A stretch of DNA of 63,145 nt, filler included, from Choristocarpus tenellus KU-1152 (GCA_964200185.2; 10 parts of 10 records of this genome joined end to end with filler, not necessarily neighbours in it), one strand, 5' to 3'; positions 20,290 through 33,077 are shown, counted from the first letter of the whole stretch. Made by a program: numbers and translations. The notes: generated by a model from the letters alone, not told the origin.

Positions 20290-21169
20290 TCTTGGGTTGA
20301 TTGGGTGGATAGTAAACAGGCTAAGGTCAAAAGCATCCATGATGTAGTTTGAAGGAAAGAGGAAGCGTGGGTTGCATTCAGCCCTCTTATTTGTCTCCTG
20401 TTCCATATGTGGTTGAATGTTGTTGGGTGTTTCTTTTATAGGTGTGATCTGTGGATGATGCCTGTCAGATTTTCTGTTTTTAAGACATACCTTAAGGCGT
20501 GCTTCCCAATTCTATATATAATGAACTTGAATGAATGATGAAGTGCATTGAGGAAGTTTGTCCGAGCATCAACCTGTTCCTATTCCATAACTGTATTTGG
20601 AATAGATTTATCAGAAAGTATTGCTATGCTTTTGCGCTGCTATTGCTATTTTCTGCATACTACTTCATGGACAGTGTCGGAATGGCTAGAGAGTTGAGCA
20701 GGAGGAGGGTGGGGTGTTAGAGGCTTAGTTGGATCCTTCTTATCCATCCTGGAATACTTGTGTTTCATAGTTTGGTACAAAATCGCAATGTTGAAGATCC
20801 TCCTGAGTGGAAGCCACTTGTCAAACTTGCCTAACTGTATTTGAGAGGGTACATGAAAATGTAATCTTGTGCAGGATGTAATATTGTGACTGACCTCAAG
20901 ATGGCACCGTTATAATTTCAAGGAAGTGTGACACATGTTCCATTAATGTCTACAAATAACAGGGGATTCTCCAAATTGAGGATGGAGCGGGACTATGAGG
21001 ATGGTTGTTCTGCGAAAATGGTCTTTAAANNNNNNNNNNNNNNNNNNNNNNNNNNNNNNNNNNNNNNNNNNNNTTAATTAATTAANNNNNNNNNNNNNNN
21101 NNNNNNNNNNNNNNNNNNNNNNNNNNNNNAAAAAACCCCTTTTTTCCTTTACCACCCAACAAACCCCCC

Positions 21170-21209
21170 CGGGGGTGCCCCCCCCCCCCCCCCCCAGATA
21201 CTTTAACCC
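21170..21209. mobile_element. MITE family B-like end
   Basis: poly-C then CAGATACTTTAACCC. Confidence 0.65.
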
Positions 21210-21229
21210 ATATATGTATGTTCTTGCAG

Positions 21230-23115
21230 TTAGGTGTATGTATCCAGAATATCGGGATTCACATGACACAGCAGCATTTAGTACAATTCTTCGTTTGAAA
21301 AACAGATTGTTTTACCAATGTTTGGGTTGGGGCGTATGTAGCTGTCCAACAAGGAGGCAGCACCAACCTGCAGAATGCTCTGGAAGTATCCTCTATCAAA
21401 ATACTTTGCCTCACAAAGATCTGACGTAGACTTGCTTCAGATTGCATGTGCGTATGATCAATCCAACGCATTTGACAGATTTTTTTTTTATAGTGCTGAA
21501 GGTAATCCAGAGGCTAGATCTAGAAAATTTCATAGCCTGTATTTGAATATACTTCACATGGCATCACTTGAGTGAATCCCCTGAAGCCCAATGCATTATC
21601 ACAGCATTATCCTTGAATCAACAATTGAACACCAGCCTGCTGATGTTTTGAATGTGGTAGGCTTTCCAAACACTTCTCGAGACTGTGGATCCCATATCAG
21701 GGAGGCCAATTACCCCATTGGCAAACGCCGACAATGTGACTCTCATCCAATCTTCCGGAACACTAGCCAACAGGTGGGACAACAGTTGTTTGAGTGAAGA
21801 GCAGAACATTTGCGTGTGTATTTTAAGCATGATTTGGAAGGCGCGATGAAGGGCTGTAGCTGGTGTGATGTTGAGTGCTCGATGTTCCGTCTATTGATTG
21901 GTTGTATACCAAACTACACGAGAGTTACCCAGGTTTTGGTCGTTTTTCATATTAAGAAAGATTTTCAATCTTTTGCCATTCACCCTTATTTCTATGGATG
22001 AAGAGTACTAAGGTTGGCTTTGAAAGTGTTCATTTCTCTATTTTTTTTACGTTTGGACAGAAATCAGAAAATGCCTGTACTCCTGTGTCGATAGAGCTGG
22101 ATTTTGCAAATACTTGTCATCAGTCTTGCATGCAACTCTCGATTGCTTTGACTCTACATCACCAAAGGCTGCAAAAAAATTGTAGAACTCTACTATGTAA
22201 GATATGTTTACAAGGATAACATAAGCATCACCACCTTATCGCAACACTCATCCTCACTATTTGCATTGCTTTCCAGGAGATTCTATTGTGTAGTCGTGTT
22301 GAACCAGTGGCGTTATAGAGTCAAAGTATCTTAGAGGGTAGAGCCACGTCCATTTGGGGTCCAAAGTTCAATGTTGTGATTTTGATGTAATTTTGGCTAT
22401 CATGTTCGTTAGGAATTGTCAATATCCTTGTTCCGGACACAACTTTTCATAATATACACATTTTATCTAATCCAAAACATTTTGGAGTAGGACAATGTCG
22501 TAAAAAGAGACCATGAGAAGCCAAGCCCCAAATGGACAAACAGGGAAGAACCCGTACCCTCTAAGATACTTTCGCTCACAGTAAGGACATCAAACCGTGC
22601 AAACTTGGCCCTTATAGAGTTCTTTTAGTAGAAGAAAAATCATACTTTGAAGCAGTCCATAGTATCAGAGATTTCGTTGCAACTCATAAAAAAAACCTTC
22701 TACGGTAGTGCTGCAGCAGACAATCTATCACTCAATACTCCGTTTGTTCCCCTTTTGAAGCTCAGTGTATCGTGGTAGTCAGTGTGCATTTGGGAAGAAT
22801 GGGGGAGGTCGACCTGTGCGGCTGTGAACAAATTGCTACCCACAAGGCCGGCACTTATCAATCGGGTAGGGATTGTTCAAAGAATGAAGAATATAAACTC
22901 AATGGGCTAGGTACGTTTGCGTGTGGATGCAAAAGAATAGCATAGTTCTTGTATTTGATGTGTTCAGTTTCGGAATTAGTAATGCTTTAGTGGGATGAGC
23001 ACCTCAGTCAGCTGTTACAATTTGACGAGCCAAAAGTCGGCCCTCCAAGTGGAGAGGCAAAAAATAGACAAGACAAAAACTGAGAGGATGTAACACTTCT
23101 ATATGAACGCATCAT
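21230..23115 (-). pseudogene. Decayed, apparently intronless ORF, weakly glycosyltransferase-like, split by a MITE
   Basis: Broken protein-like frames including LKQLLSHLLASVPEDWMRVTL, reminiscent of the GT25 LP.DWD motif; many stops and frameshifts. Confidence 0.25.
22318..22577. mobile_element. MITE family A, complete 260 bp
   Basis: TIRs GAGTCAAAGTATCTTAGAGGGTA / TACCCTCTAAGATACTTTCGCTC; flanks ATA/ACA (3-bp TSD with one mismatch); colinear with 26563-26822. Confidence 0.92.
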
Positions 23116-23758
23116 ACTGGTATATCCTCATACTTCGTCAAGATTGCTAGACAAACAACCCCGAAAATACTTTGCTTCAATTCGCCCCCATCTATACATC
23201 CCCTGAATAGCCCATTCCTTCTTTCCAATACATATTTCCTGCTTCCCCCCTAATACATACTTTACAGGCGGGGGTTAGAGCGAACCATCAAGACCCACAT
23301 GTCCACGATAAAGGCACTAGCAAAGCCTGATCGGGATTCAACTACACTGCCTGATAGAACTTTGAAGGAATCTGTTGAGGCCTTTGTTCAGGCGGGAACA
23401 AGACATGGAGAAGCAAAAAGATTAAAGTTTTCCGGTGAGCGATTGATCTCGATAGTATACTAGCCACTACTTCGTTCTATTGGTCTAGTATCTTTACATA
23501 TGTATACATATTGATAAGGTTTTTCGTGTTTAAGAGATAAGATGCAGGATAAGGTTCTGACAATTGTCTTGGAGTTCATGCTGGTAGGTAGAGATAAATT
23601 GTTCAGTTACTTTGCCTTATTTTGAGTAAGGAAGGGAATTCACAGACAAAACACAGCTCTTATCTCCGTTGGCATTTCCCTAATCCTTAACAATTTTTTT
23701 CGGCAACTGCTCTTAACACTGTAATTAATTGAAAGTCATACCCCTGAGAACAAGAGTA

Positions 23759-23907
23759 GGCTCAAAGTATCTGGGAGGGGGTGGCGGCTGTCTATTTGGG
23801 GTCGATTTTTTCATGTTGCGATTTTGGGTGATTTGGTTGCATACATCGGATGGATATTGTAAATGCAATTTTCCTGATTTTGCCCCAAATAGATAGACAC
23901 CATGATA

Positions 23908-23946
<39 letters not shown>

Positions 23947-23947
23947 A
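23759..23947. mobile_element. MITE family B, running into a poly-C tract
   Basis: GGCTCAAAGTATCTGGGAGGGGG start; body GGGTGATTTGGTTGCATACATCGGA matches 29709-29853 and the reverse complement of 3642-3801. Confidence 0.88.
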
Positions 23948-24135
23948 CTCCTCTCCGTCCTCCTCATTTCTTGCTNNNNNNNNNNNNNNNNNNNNNNNNN
24001 NNNNNNNNNNNNNNNNNNNTTAATTAATTAANNNNNNNNNNNNNNNNNNNNNNNNNNNNNNNNNNNNNNNNNNNNCCCCCCCCCCTTCTCCGGGGCCCCC
24101 CCGGCCTTCTTTTTCGCGCCCCCCCCCCCCCCCCT

Positions 24136-24641
24136 CTGATTCCAGTCACAGTATTTTTTCCTTGATAGCTGGCAACAGCTGCTCCGTGTACCACTCCAGT
24201 TACCATTCGGCATCGGCAGTGATGTTGACCTCTTACTCCTTGTATTCCTCACCCTTCATGTGCCGTTCTGTAGTCCATTGTGCCTCCTTCGTGACGCAAA
24301 CTTGACAGATCCCGATGTCGCTGTTGAGGTTGTGGGAAAGATTTGTGTGTGAAATGGTGGAGATGAACATTGTTGAGAAGCTTGGTGCATGTAAGGCTTG
24401 TTGCTCAAAGCTGCTGGTTGAGTTACATGGTAAAACGTAACAGTTACAGTTACACTGAATATTAATTGCCCACCGTTCATTCATCATCGTTGATGTATGA
24501 ATGAATACTGACTATCATACCGCGATGCATGTTATTACTTTGCATTGTACCGAACTAAAGATAAACGTACATGAAACCTATGTTATGTACTTATATCAGC
24601 ACACCCAACGTAAGAATAACGTAACACTAGGTTATTCGACA
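24136..24641 (-). repeat. Probable 3' LTR of the minus-strand Copia
   Basis: On the minus strand PPT GGAAGGGAGGA (24652-24642) is followed directly by TGTCGAATAAC, just after the RNase H end; far boundary lost near the spacer. Confidence 0.7.
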
Positions 24642-27260
24642 TCCTCCCTTCCTGAAAACAAGTATTAACTCTGAAACAATCATAAAACAAACACACCGAC
24701 AAAACAAAACAACACACATGTTTATCTTACATGTTCATTAAAACTTCACATGTTGTCTAAAAACTCGGATTGGCAAAGTCTTGGTCAACACATCTGCCCT
24801 TTGGTTGGCAGCACCAACAAAAACAACACGAATCTCTCCTTTTCAAGCTAAGTCCCTCAGGAAATGGTGTCGGACATCAATTTGCCTTGTTCTAGTAGAG
24901 CTTGTGGCATGTCATACTAGTTTGCATGCACCATTGTTATCCTCAAACAAGTCAATGCAACACCTAGAAAGCTGTGGCTGAATAAACTCAAAAACACTTA
25001 TCAAGAAAAACAATTCCTGTGCCACACTGCTAAGGGCTATAAACTCACTCTCCGTTGAAGACAGAGCTACAACCTTTTGAACCTTAGACATCCAAGATAT
25101 TGCTCCTCCTGCAAACATTATTGACCATCCAGTCACTGATCTACGATCATTCCAGTCTCCACCAGAACTAGCATCAGCATATACATTCAACTCACACTCA
25201 GTATTGAAACCACTAAAACTCAATCCAACACTGGGACATGTAATGAATTATGCTAAAATACACCTTGGGGTTACTACTGTATTTGGCAACCTCATGAACT
25301 GCATTTGCATCGTCTAGCCTTGTCATAACAGCTACCTACATCAAAATATCATTTATATCGGCTACCAGAAGATCATCAACGTGGGGGGCTATCACAGCAT
25401 AAACAACGCTATCTTTTACATAGCGTAACGCACAGGGATCTGCTCTGCATTGCTCAAAAACGTGCACAAACAAATCGTTAAACTCCTTGCTAGCCTGTTT
25501 GGTGCCATAAGCAGTTTTCACTAAACGCACAATCTTTCCTGGCCATGTACCACATCCATCACAGAAACGAAAAATATTTCCTTCTGATTTCTGCTCTAAT
25601 ATAAATCTGCTTAACATCCTAATGCATGAATCCTTGTCTGAGCTAGTGTCAAAATTCTTCCTTGAACGTACAGGCTGTCATCAGGGCAAAGGTATCACAG
25701 AAAAGGTATCACAGAAAATCTAAATCCTTAGTCTCATGAAAACCCTGTTGCTACTAGATATGCCTTGTATCTCTCACTACTGTACCAAATTCATTGAACT
25801 TGTGCTAGTGAATCTATTTTGGTGTAAATTGCCCTGCGTCCAGGGAGTAACACGGCCTCCACCCAACTGTCATTCAAACAACAAATCAGATATCTCTTCT
25901 GCTCTAGTTCGATCCTGTAAATTGTATTCAGGAGAACTATGTGCTGCTATTACAGTCTTGGGTTCTAGAGGGAATTAATCTGCTAACACTCTAATAGACT
26001 CTTTACTCACACAAATCAAAAGAGTAGTCTCAATGGAAAACGTTATCAAACAATGAACCTCTTGCAAAACAAAACAGCAGAAAAATCAAAGTTTGCACAG
26101 CCACCAGGTGAAGTGCTGCAGAATGGTGACCTTCAGCGTCCAGTCTCTACTTCCTGAACTCTCATCAATCCAGACTTCCATCCACAACATGAAACATCTA
26201 TCTCATATTCCCCTTGTACTCTCAATCAGTCTAGGAGATACCATTCTCAATAACCCCCAGCTCTTGGACTGAGAATAGATACGATGTGTCTTCTAGTCTT
26301 CGGGAGATGTGAAGGTAAGTATGTAGATATCAACAATAAAACACCTTAACTATCTCGTTCTCATCCTTCAAGCAGAGTGTGAGGATAGGAGATTGCATGC
26401 TATATTTGGGACAAATGTAACAGATGCCAAAGTAACACACACCCACTCATCATGACCAGCGTTGAAATTTAGATCAACCTTGCCATACCCCATAATGGGT
26501 CGTGATGTGCGGTCAGCCACGGTCATGTTGTGGCCTTGTGGACATGTGGTGAAGTCATACACGAGCCAAAGTATCTTAGAGGGTAAAGCTGCGTCTGTTT
26601 AGAGACCAAAATCCAATGTTGCAATTTTGATGGGATTTTGGCTGTTGTGTTTGTTAGGAAGTGTCAATATCCTTGTTCCGCACACACCTTTTCATAATGT
26701 ATATGTTTTACCTACTCCAAAAAATTTCGGAGTAGGTAAAATGTCATAATAAAAACTGTGGGAAGCCAAGCCCCAAACGGACAAACAGGGACAAACTCGT
26801 ACCCTCTAAGATACTTTCACTCCACGTACTTCGGGTCTTTTGTCACACTATTGGAGGCCACCAAGTCGAAACACCATATTTCTGGATTGACCCAGCTCAC
26901 CTTGCAATTGTCAGCCACAGTGGCTAATGAGGTCTGAAATTTCCTCCAACTCCTTTTCTAGCTGGTGCCACCCACCTCTGGCGACAGACAGCCTGCAGGT
27001 GTCCTTTGCCCCCACAGCTCTAACACCGTCCTTCAAAATTGCAAGAACCGGTGTGTAGTACCAACCCACATTTGAAACATTTTTCAATTACCTTGGTCAC
27101 GCCCCTGACACGGGATCCTGTCATACCAAGGTCTGTACGAGGACACAGTTGTACCTTGGCCACCTCCTCGGCTGACATGTTTTTGACTCCTCTTTGAGCT
27201 CGTAGTCCCTACGGTAAGACCGCTCCCAGGCTCTCTGCCATCTACTACCTCTCGTTGCAG
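24642..27260 (-). mobile_element. Ty1/Copia relic (gag knuckle, protease, RT, RNase H), internally deleted
   Basis: C*SCGGKGHLQAVC zinc knuckle (~27.0 kb), IWCFDLVAS degenerate protease, VADRTSRPIMGYGKVDL, LVKTAYGTKQAS, HVDDLL, YADA..DRRSVTG..AISWMSK.Q..VALSSTESE, EDNNGA. Confidence 0.92.
26563..26822. mobile_element. MITE family A, complete 260 bp, inserted in the Copia protease region
   Basis: TIRs GAGCCAAAGTATCTTAGAGGGTA / TACCCTCTAAGATACTTTCACTC; perfect 3-bp TSD CAC (26560-26562, 26823-26825). Confidence 0.95.
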
Positions 27261-27264
27261 AGAG

Positions 27265-28480
27265 AAATAAAGTGGTACCAGTAGCATCGCCCTCTGTGGG
27301 AATCTTGGTTGTTTTCACGGTATTGCCACAACTATTCAACAATATATATATATCAAATGAAAACTTATGACAAGGACTTTTCAAGAAATATTTGTATCCA
27401 TGATGAATGTCCAGGCTTCGGGGAACGGGAGGTATGTCCTGATCAAATAATAGCGAAAATATGGGGGAACATCTCTGGCGCAATATTGAAGGTCAAAACT
27501 TCAAAACGGACGAACATGAAGTGGTTGACTGAACTCCCTGCAAAAACCTGATCCAGGATAGGTCGCTGCCCAAGTTTGGTACATGTGGTGATACCGATAA
27601 ATAAAAACAAGATTTGCGGACATCTTTTTAGTGCCATTTGCAGACTTTCTGCGAACACACACACGCATGACGCACACAGCAACATAGACCATGACAGTGA
27701 GACAAGGATAGCCGCTGAGGCCATTCTGCCCACTGAATCTACCCTCGGCACCTTCTCTGTCGAGAGGCGACGGAAAAGCAAGTACCGTGTGACACTCAGT
27801 GTGATGATAGGTGATAAGAAAGTGCGTGTATTGTGGTGCAGCAGCATGACCAAATTGTGCAATGGATCATATGGCTGTGTCACTGACGCCGAGAGAAGAT
27901 GCATGGAAAGCATTACCACACAAACGTGGTTGGATCTTCAACCACGTCGGAGCACTGCTCTGCGTCTCTGCCACCTCGGGAAAGCAGGAAGAGAGCGGAA
28001 GTCCATCACCAGGTGGTACAGTGACAAAGTCTGTGGGGAAGCCTGGTTGCGGTAGGCAAAGGGAGAACCGGGGCGGCCAACTGAAGAGAAGGTTGGGGAG
28101 GAGAGCAGGGCAACTGCGTGCCATTGTGCTACAGGAAATGCCTAAGTGAAAACCCGGGTGTAGAATATCTTAGTAGTCGACAGTTGCAGCAGGCCCTGGC
28201 TGTTTGGAAGCTATGCAAGGCAGAGTGACTTAAAGAAACGAGAAAGAAGGTGTTAGGGTTGGCTACAAGGACTCTGAAGCCCGAAAGAAGGTCGAAAGGG
28301 CTCGCAAGGTGGAGGAGAAAGTGATTATAACAAAGGCAGCTGTGGAGACTTTTCGATACCACCAAATCCTTTACTTAGAAGAGGTCGAGAAAGAGGTGGA
28401 GGTAGCCATCGATGAGGACGACAGAGAAGAAGAGGAGGTGAGATTGAGACTATTTTCACACCCAACGGTTTGGTGTCTCC
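27265..28480 (+). repeat. Unclassified repeat X, copy 2, with decayed coding-like extension
   Basis: ~27265-27700 is homologous to 843-1275 (inverted); it continues into broken frames ending in an acidic tract (EEVEKEVEVAIDEDDREEEE). Confidence 0.6.
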
Positions 28481-28748
28481 TGTTCGATTAGACTCTTCCA
28501 ACTCTATCGGAAAGTTACGGTAAAATATGTACGGAGTAATGGAACAATCAATTAGTGGTTGAGGAATCAGAACCTTTCACTACTGATTAGTTGTATGAGA
28601 TTTTTTCTCATAAAAAAGGAAATATTTCTGATTTTTATGGGGTATTGCATGCCCCACTTAACTTTAATCAATCACTCCATAGACACCAAGCAATCTCGCT
28701 GGGTTTATCACCTTTATCCTCTTTGATGATTTGGGGGATACTTTAACA
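28481..28748 (+). repeat. Copia 5' LTR, same family as 571-842
   Basis: TGTT...AACA termini, colinear with 571-842, followed by a gag-like ORF; the 3' end could extend to ~28778. Confidence 0.85.
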
Positions 28749-28788
28749 CAATATATTGAACCTTAGGTTTCTAACCCANNNNNNNNNN

Positions 28789-29569
28789 GAGGAGATGTGA
28801 TTCAAGAATTGCGGGAACCTGTTCCTTCCGAGGGCCCATCTGTCCAAGAATTCAGACAGCTGATGGCGACGGTAGCGGAGTTGTCAAGAAACGTTGGCAA
28901 TCTCATGATTCAGTCTGAAAGAGTTGGCGACGGAAATCATCCCATCATCCAGGCCGCTTTGCCCAGCACACGGCCTCCAGCTGGGGACGTACCGGTTGAA
29001 GTGGGTCCTATGGAACCCATGTTGAGGGCAAATTTCCTAGAGAGGGGGAACAGTTTGGATGCTGCGAGCATCAGAAGTGGGGCGAGCCGGAGGTCCGGTG
29101 CTTTGGAGAGCTTGGGGTCAGGCGCACATATTGTTCGCCCTATGACAAAGAGATCAAGAACCCAACCACCGAAACTATTGGACGACTCAGACTACCGGGA
29201 CTGGCGGAGGCATTTCATCGTTCATTGCCGATATACCCACTGTTTGGATGCGTTGACAAGTGAAAGACCAGTCAATCAAGAATGCTCCTACGAGGAACTC
29301 CTCTCGGAAGGCTTCAGTGCGAATGATATCTGGATGGCTGAAGAGGCCTACCATGCACTTACTGTTGCTCTAGTCGCACCCACCACCGGGGCACTATGCT
29401 ATACGCACCAAAGCCTGAGCAAGCTTTTCCGAGCAATAGATGATTGGTTCATGCCTAATACAGTGGGTAATAGTCAACATTTGTTTCGTGAGTTTTTCAC
29501 TTCAAAGGTGAAGAAGGGGGCGAATCCGATCCTGACCCTAAACCACCTGGAAGGGGTACGGGGGAGGAT
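28789..29569 (+). mobile_element. Copia gag ORF, truncated by spacer
   Basis: Open ~260 codons directly after the LTR; PPKLLDDSDYRDWRRHF is a typical gag N-terminal pattern. Confidence 0.75.
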
Positions 29570-29669
29570 NNNNNNNNNNNNNNNNNNNNNNNNNNNNNNN
29601 NNNNNNNNNNNNNTTAATTAATTAANNNNNNNNNNNNNNNNNNNNNNNNNNNNNNNNNNNNNNNNNNNN

Positions 29670-29708
29670 CAAATGGACACAGCTCTACCCTCTAAGATAC
29701 TTTGGCTC
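29670..29708. mobile_element. MITE family A end nested in a family B copy
   Basis: CAAATGGACACAGCTCTACCCTCTAAGATACTTTGGCTC is the reverse complement of the family A left end. Confidence 0.88.
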
Positions 29709-29853
29709 ATGGTGGCTGTCTATTCGGGTTTCCATGTTACGATTTTTGGGTGAATTTGGTTGCATACATCAGATGGAAAATGTAAGTGCACTTCTCCTAG
29801 TCAGGGCCCGGATGGACACCCTGTTGTAGACGCCCCCCCCAGATACTTTGAGC
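29709..29853. mobile_element. MITE family B remainder
   Basis: Resumes at GGTGGCTGTC and ends CCCCAGATACTTTGAGCC. Confidence 0.88.
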
Positions 29854-30047
29854 CAAAGGGTAACAAAAATCGCTGGACATCTTGACAACATTGGACTCTC
29901 ACAGTGAGTGTGAGGCAGTCACACTACCACTGGTGGTCTGCATTGCTGATTTTACTAGATTCTCTCAAAAAACCTTTCTCATGGTTAGAAGATCCATCCC
30001 TAAAATTTTACAATGGTAAGCCTCACCCCGTTGCACCTGCTGTGTCC

Positions 30048-33000
30048 TTACCAAAGCAGAAGTTGTATATCTTCAGTCTCCGCCTCCTCTTCCTCATCAC
30101 ATTCCTCTCTTTTTTTTCCAGCAGTCAACACCTTTCTGTCTCCTGGAATATCCTCACCAACAGCTTGCTGCCACATAAATAGCCGCACAAGTCCATCATT
30201 TAGACCTTGCTCTCCAAGGACAGGGCCTGTAGAACAGGCATGCTCCTCGCAATCCCTTTCCCGAGGACCCTGGGCTTTCATAGTGGGAGAGCAAAATCCA
30301 ACCCTCAAGCTACCTTCCGTACATTCTCCCAGAACTGCAGTACGATTATGCCAGTCTAGATTGATGGCATCATCCCCTCCCCAGGCATACCTTTGGGCCC
30401 TGTTAATTTGCTGCTGCCTCTCGGTTTCCTTAACCATCAACTCAGAACTCTGCCCTTGGGTGGTGCTACTCTTGGGAGATGCATGCCTGCTGAGTTGAGG
30501 TACGTCTTCTACCGCAAATGGTGCTTGATTGACTGTTGGACAAATTGACTCTTTCCTTGAAGAAGGGGACCTACACCCATTGTGTGGGGTAGGAGAGGGT
30601 GGAGATGGTTGCGCATCGGAGAATGTCGTTTGACAGAGGGCACCTGTAAGCAGTGCTCTGGTGTCTCTTGGGCAGGGAGTTGGTGTTGCTCCCTGAGGTG
30701 CTGGTGCAGCAACCACTGCACCAACCAAGGCTTGATATTCATACAACCGCAGGAGGAGGTTTTCGTGCTCCTCCGCACGTGTGCACTCCAGTCTGATTCA
30801 TGGAAGGGTTGAGGGGTTTGTGCTGAGCTCTTAGCTGGGAAAAAAGCGAGTTTGAGCTTGAAGTTAGGTTGGGGTTGGTGTTATTGTAGGAATTCGGCCT
30901 ATAGGAAATTTTCCAGAGTGTAACCTACAGGATTTAAGTAGATTATTCATCTGTATTGTTTATAAGTAAAGGTGGGGCTGCAACACTAGACATACAAAGC
31001 TGGCTAGAGTTTTTTTCTGTACTACTGACCCTCCAAGTGTTGGGTGATTCTCTTTGCGAGTATACCAATGCAAAGCCTCTTCCATAAGACTCTTCCTCTG
31101 TAGAAGGGTTTACAATTTCGTTTTTCACACCTTGCAAATTCAACTTGAAGATCACCAATCACCAACAAAATACTTTCATGAGAACCAGCTTCCACTGGAC
31201 AGTGGTTTGCATTCAAGGTGGGTTGGGGAGTAGACTGCCCCACCCCTTTGCCCTTGTTCAACAGGACACCTGAGTTTATTGTTGGCCATGGCCACAGGTA
31301 AGTCAAGGGTTGATAAGAGCGATCCCAGCATTAACAGAACAGTGTAGGAATTTTGTGTATTTCTAGAACTCAGGTGACAGGAAATTTATTTTTTAAGATG
31401 ATTGCAAAGTTGCAGCAGGCTTCACTTTAAATTTTTACAAGTGTATGGAGGATACTTCCAATTTTGAAACAGTAAAACCTGCTCAAAATATCTATTTGAT
31501 AGGGAACACCAAACTTGCGACCTACTGTCCCAATAGTCATTTGAGTCACACAAGCCTAAAAAGGAGTGCTCCAAAGCAAAAGTCACTATATTGTGAACAT
31601 CTCCCTGCACAAGGAACACCTCGAAATATCAATGCACCTGCACACATATCCACATGGTAAGATCACAGCAAATCTGGACAGTTTGAAGGCAGCAAATGAT
31701 CGAGTGGGCTCAACCCAAGGGCATGTCATCTCTGGAACTAGAGAGATCGTGTGTGTGCATATGATTTTGTTTCCCTTCTCACCAGTGTTATTAATCTTCT
31801 CCAGGTCACCGTGGTGTCTCTCAAGGGCTTCCAATGATGTCCTCAGCAGGGCCTCTCTGGCCTGGTCCTGCAGAGCTTGTACTCCTTGGGACATCCCTTG
31901 AAGTAGGCCAGTCACCTTCAACGTTCATCATTCCATGCAGGGACTAATGATGTTAGTCATTGTCATGTGCCTCGTTTGTATGATGTGCCGTATAGACTGT
32001 AACAGCCACCACAGGGAGGTGAAGTGTACAGCATACTGTAACAGTTGCTTGAAAGGTGTATCTCTCGCAGTGTACAGCAGAAGCTTGTTAGCCCAAAGGC
32101 ATGTTCAATTTCAAACAGGTTTTTAGGTTTGACAATATGATTGGGTGGCCTTTTCTTATGTACACCAAGGCTGAAGAATAGTACATTTATTTTCCAGAGT
32201 ATTAGAGAGCGACAGGAGTAGTAGTAGTAGGAACAGTAGTAGGGGTAGTAGTAGTAGTGGTGGTAGTATCTTGATCTTCCAACAGGTCAAATTGAATTTT
32301 TGTAGAAAAAAGAGGGGGGAAAAGTATATAGTTGCTTCTCTATACTGCAATAGCCAACACCCAAACTCAGTGGAAATCTCTCAAAATTGCAATATCAGGA
32401 CTAACCAATATACTGAGTAAATGACCAGTTGGGTATTTAAAATACAATGCAGTACAGAAAGTTCAAGGTCCTACTGGTTTATCACATCCTAACCTGACCT
32501 TTTTCATCCACAGGCTTTCCTTCAATTGTTCTTCTTCCTGCATTTGAGCCTCAATTACTCGCCTCCACTTGGACAGAGCTCCAACCAAGACTCTCCTGGC
32601 AACACTTGCAGCAATGCCATGTATAACAATGGCCTTGGCCTTCAAACATACACACTCTGCTATGGGACCTCGCCATAGGGCTGTACCCATCCCTGCGTTT
32701 GCCATCGCCACAGCTGTTGGACTTGACCTACCTTTCAACACCCAATGACTATCGTGCACTCTGCCACTGCTCTCTCTTCTGCCTGGCCCATGATGCAGTG
32801 TCAACCTTGGTGATTTATCCCCAAGACTCAGATCCTCCTCACCCCTGTATGCCAAGGACTCTTCCATTGATACTCCTTCATTTCCCTGAGTCCATGCTTT
32901 GGCATCCATGTTGCCAGTATAGTAGTGACTCAAAGACCAGGTTTCAGTTCTTCGAGTATGGTTGGAAGTGGAAGCAGCACTGGGGTTGATGAAACCCTCT

Positions 33001-33077
33001 GACAAGATTCCTGAATCCGGCTTAATTTGTCTCGGGGATGTCCTTGAATTGCTGGAGGATGATGCATGTGTTGTCAT
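30048..33077 (-). CDS. Hypothetical multi-exon protein, largely disordered with a short coiled coil
   Basis: Long open exons ~33077-32499, 31915-31783 and ~30790-30050 with GT/AG sites; no recognisable domain; joins uncertain. Confidence 0.5.
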
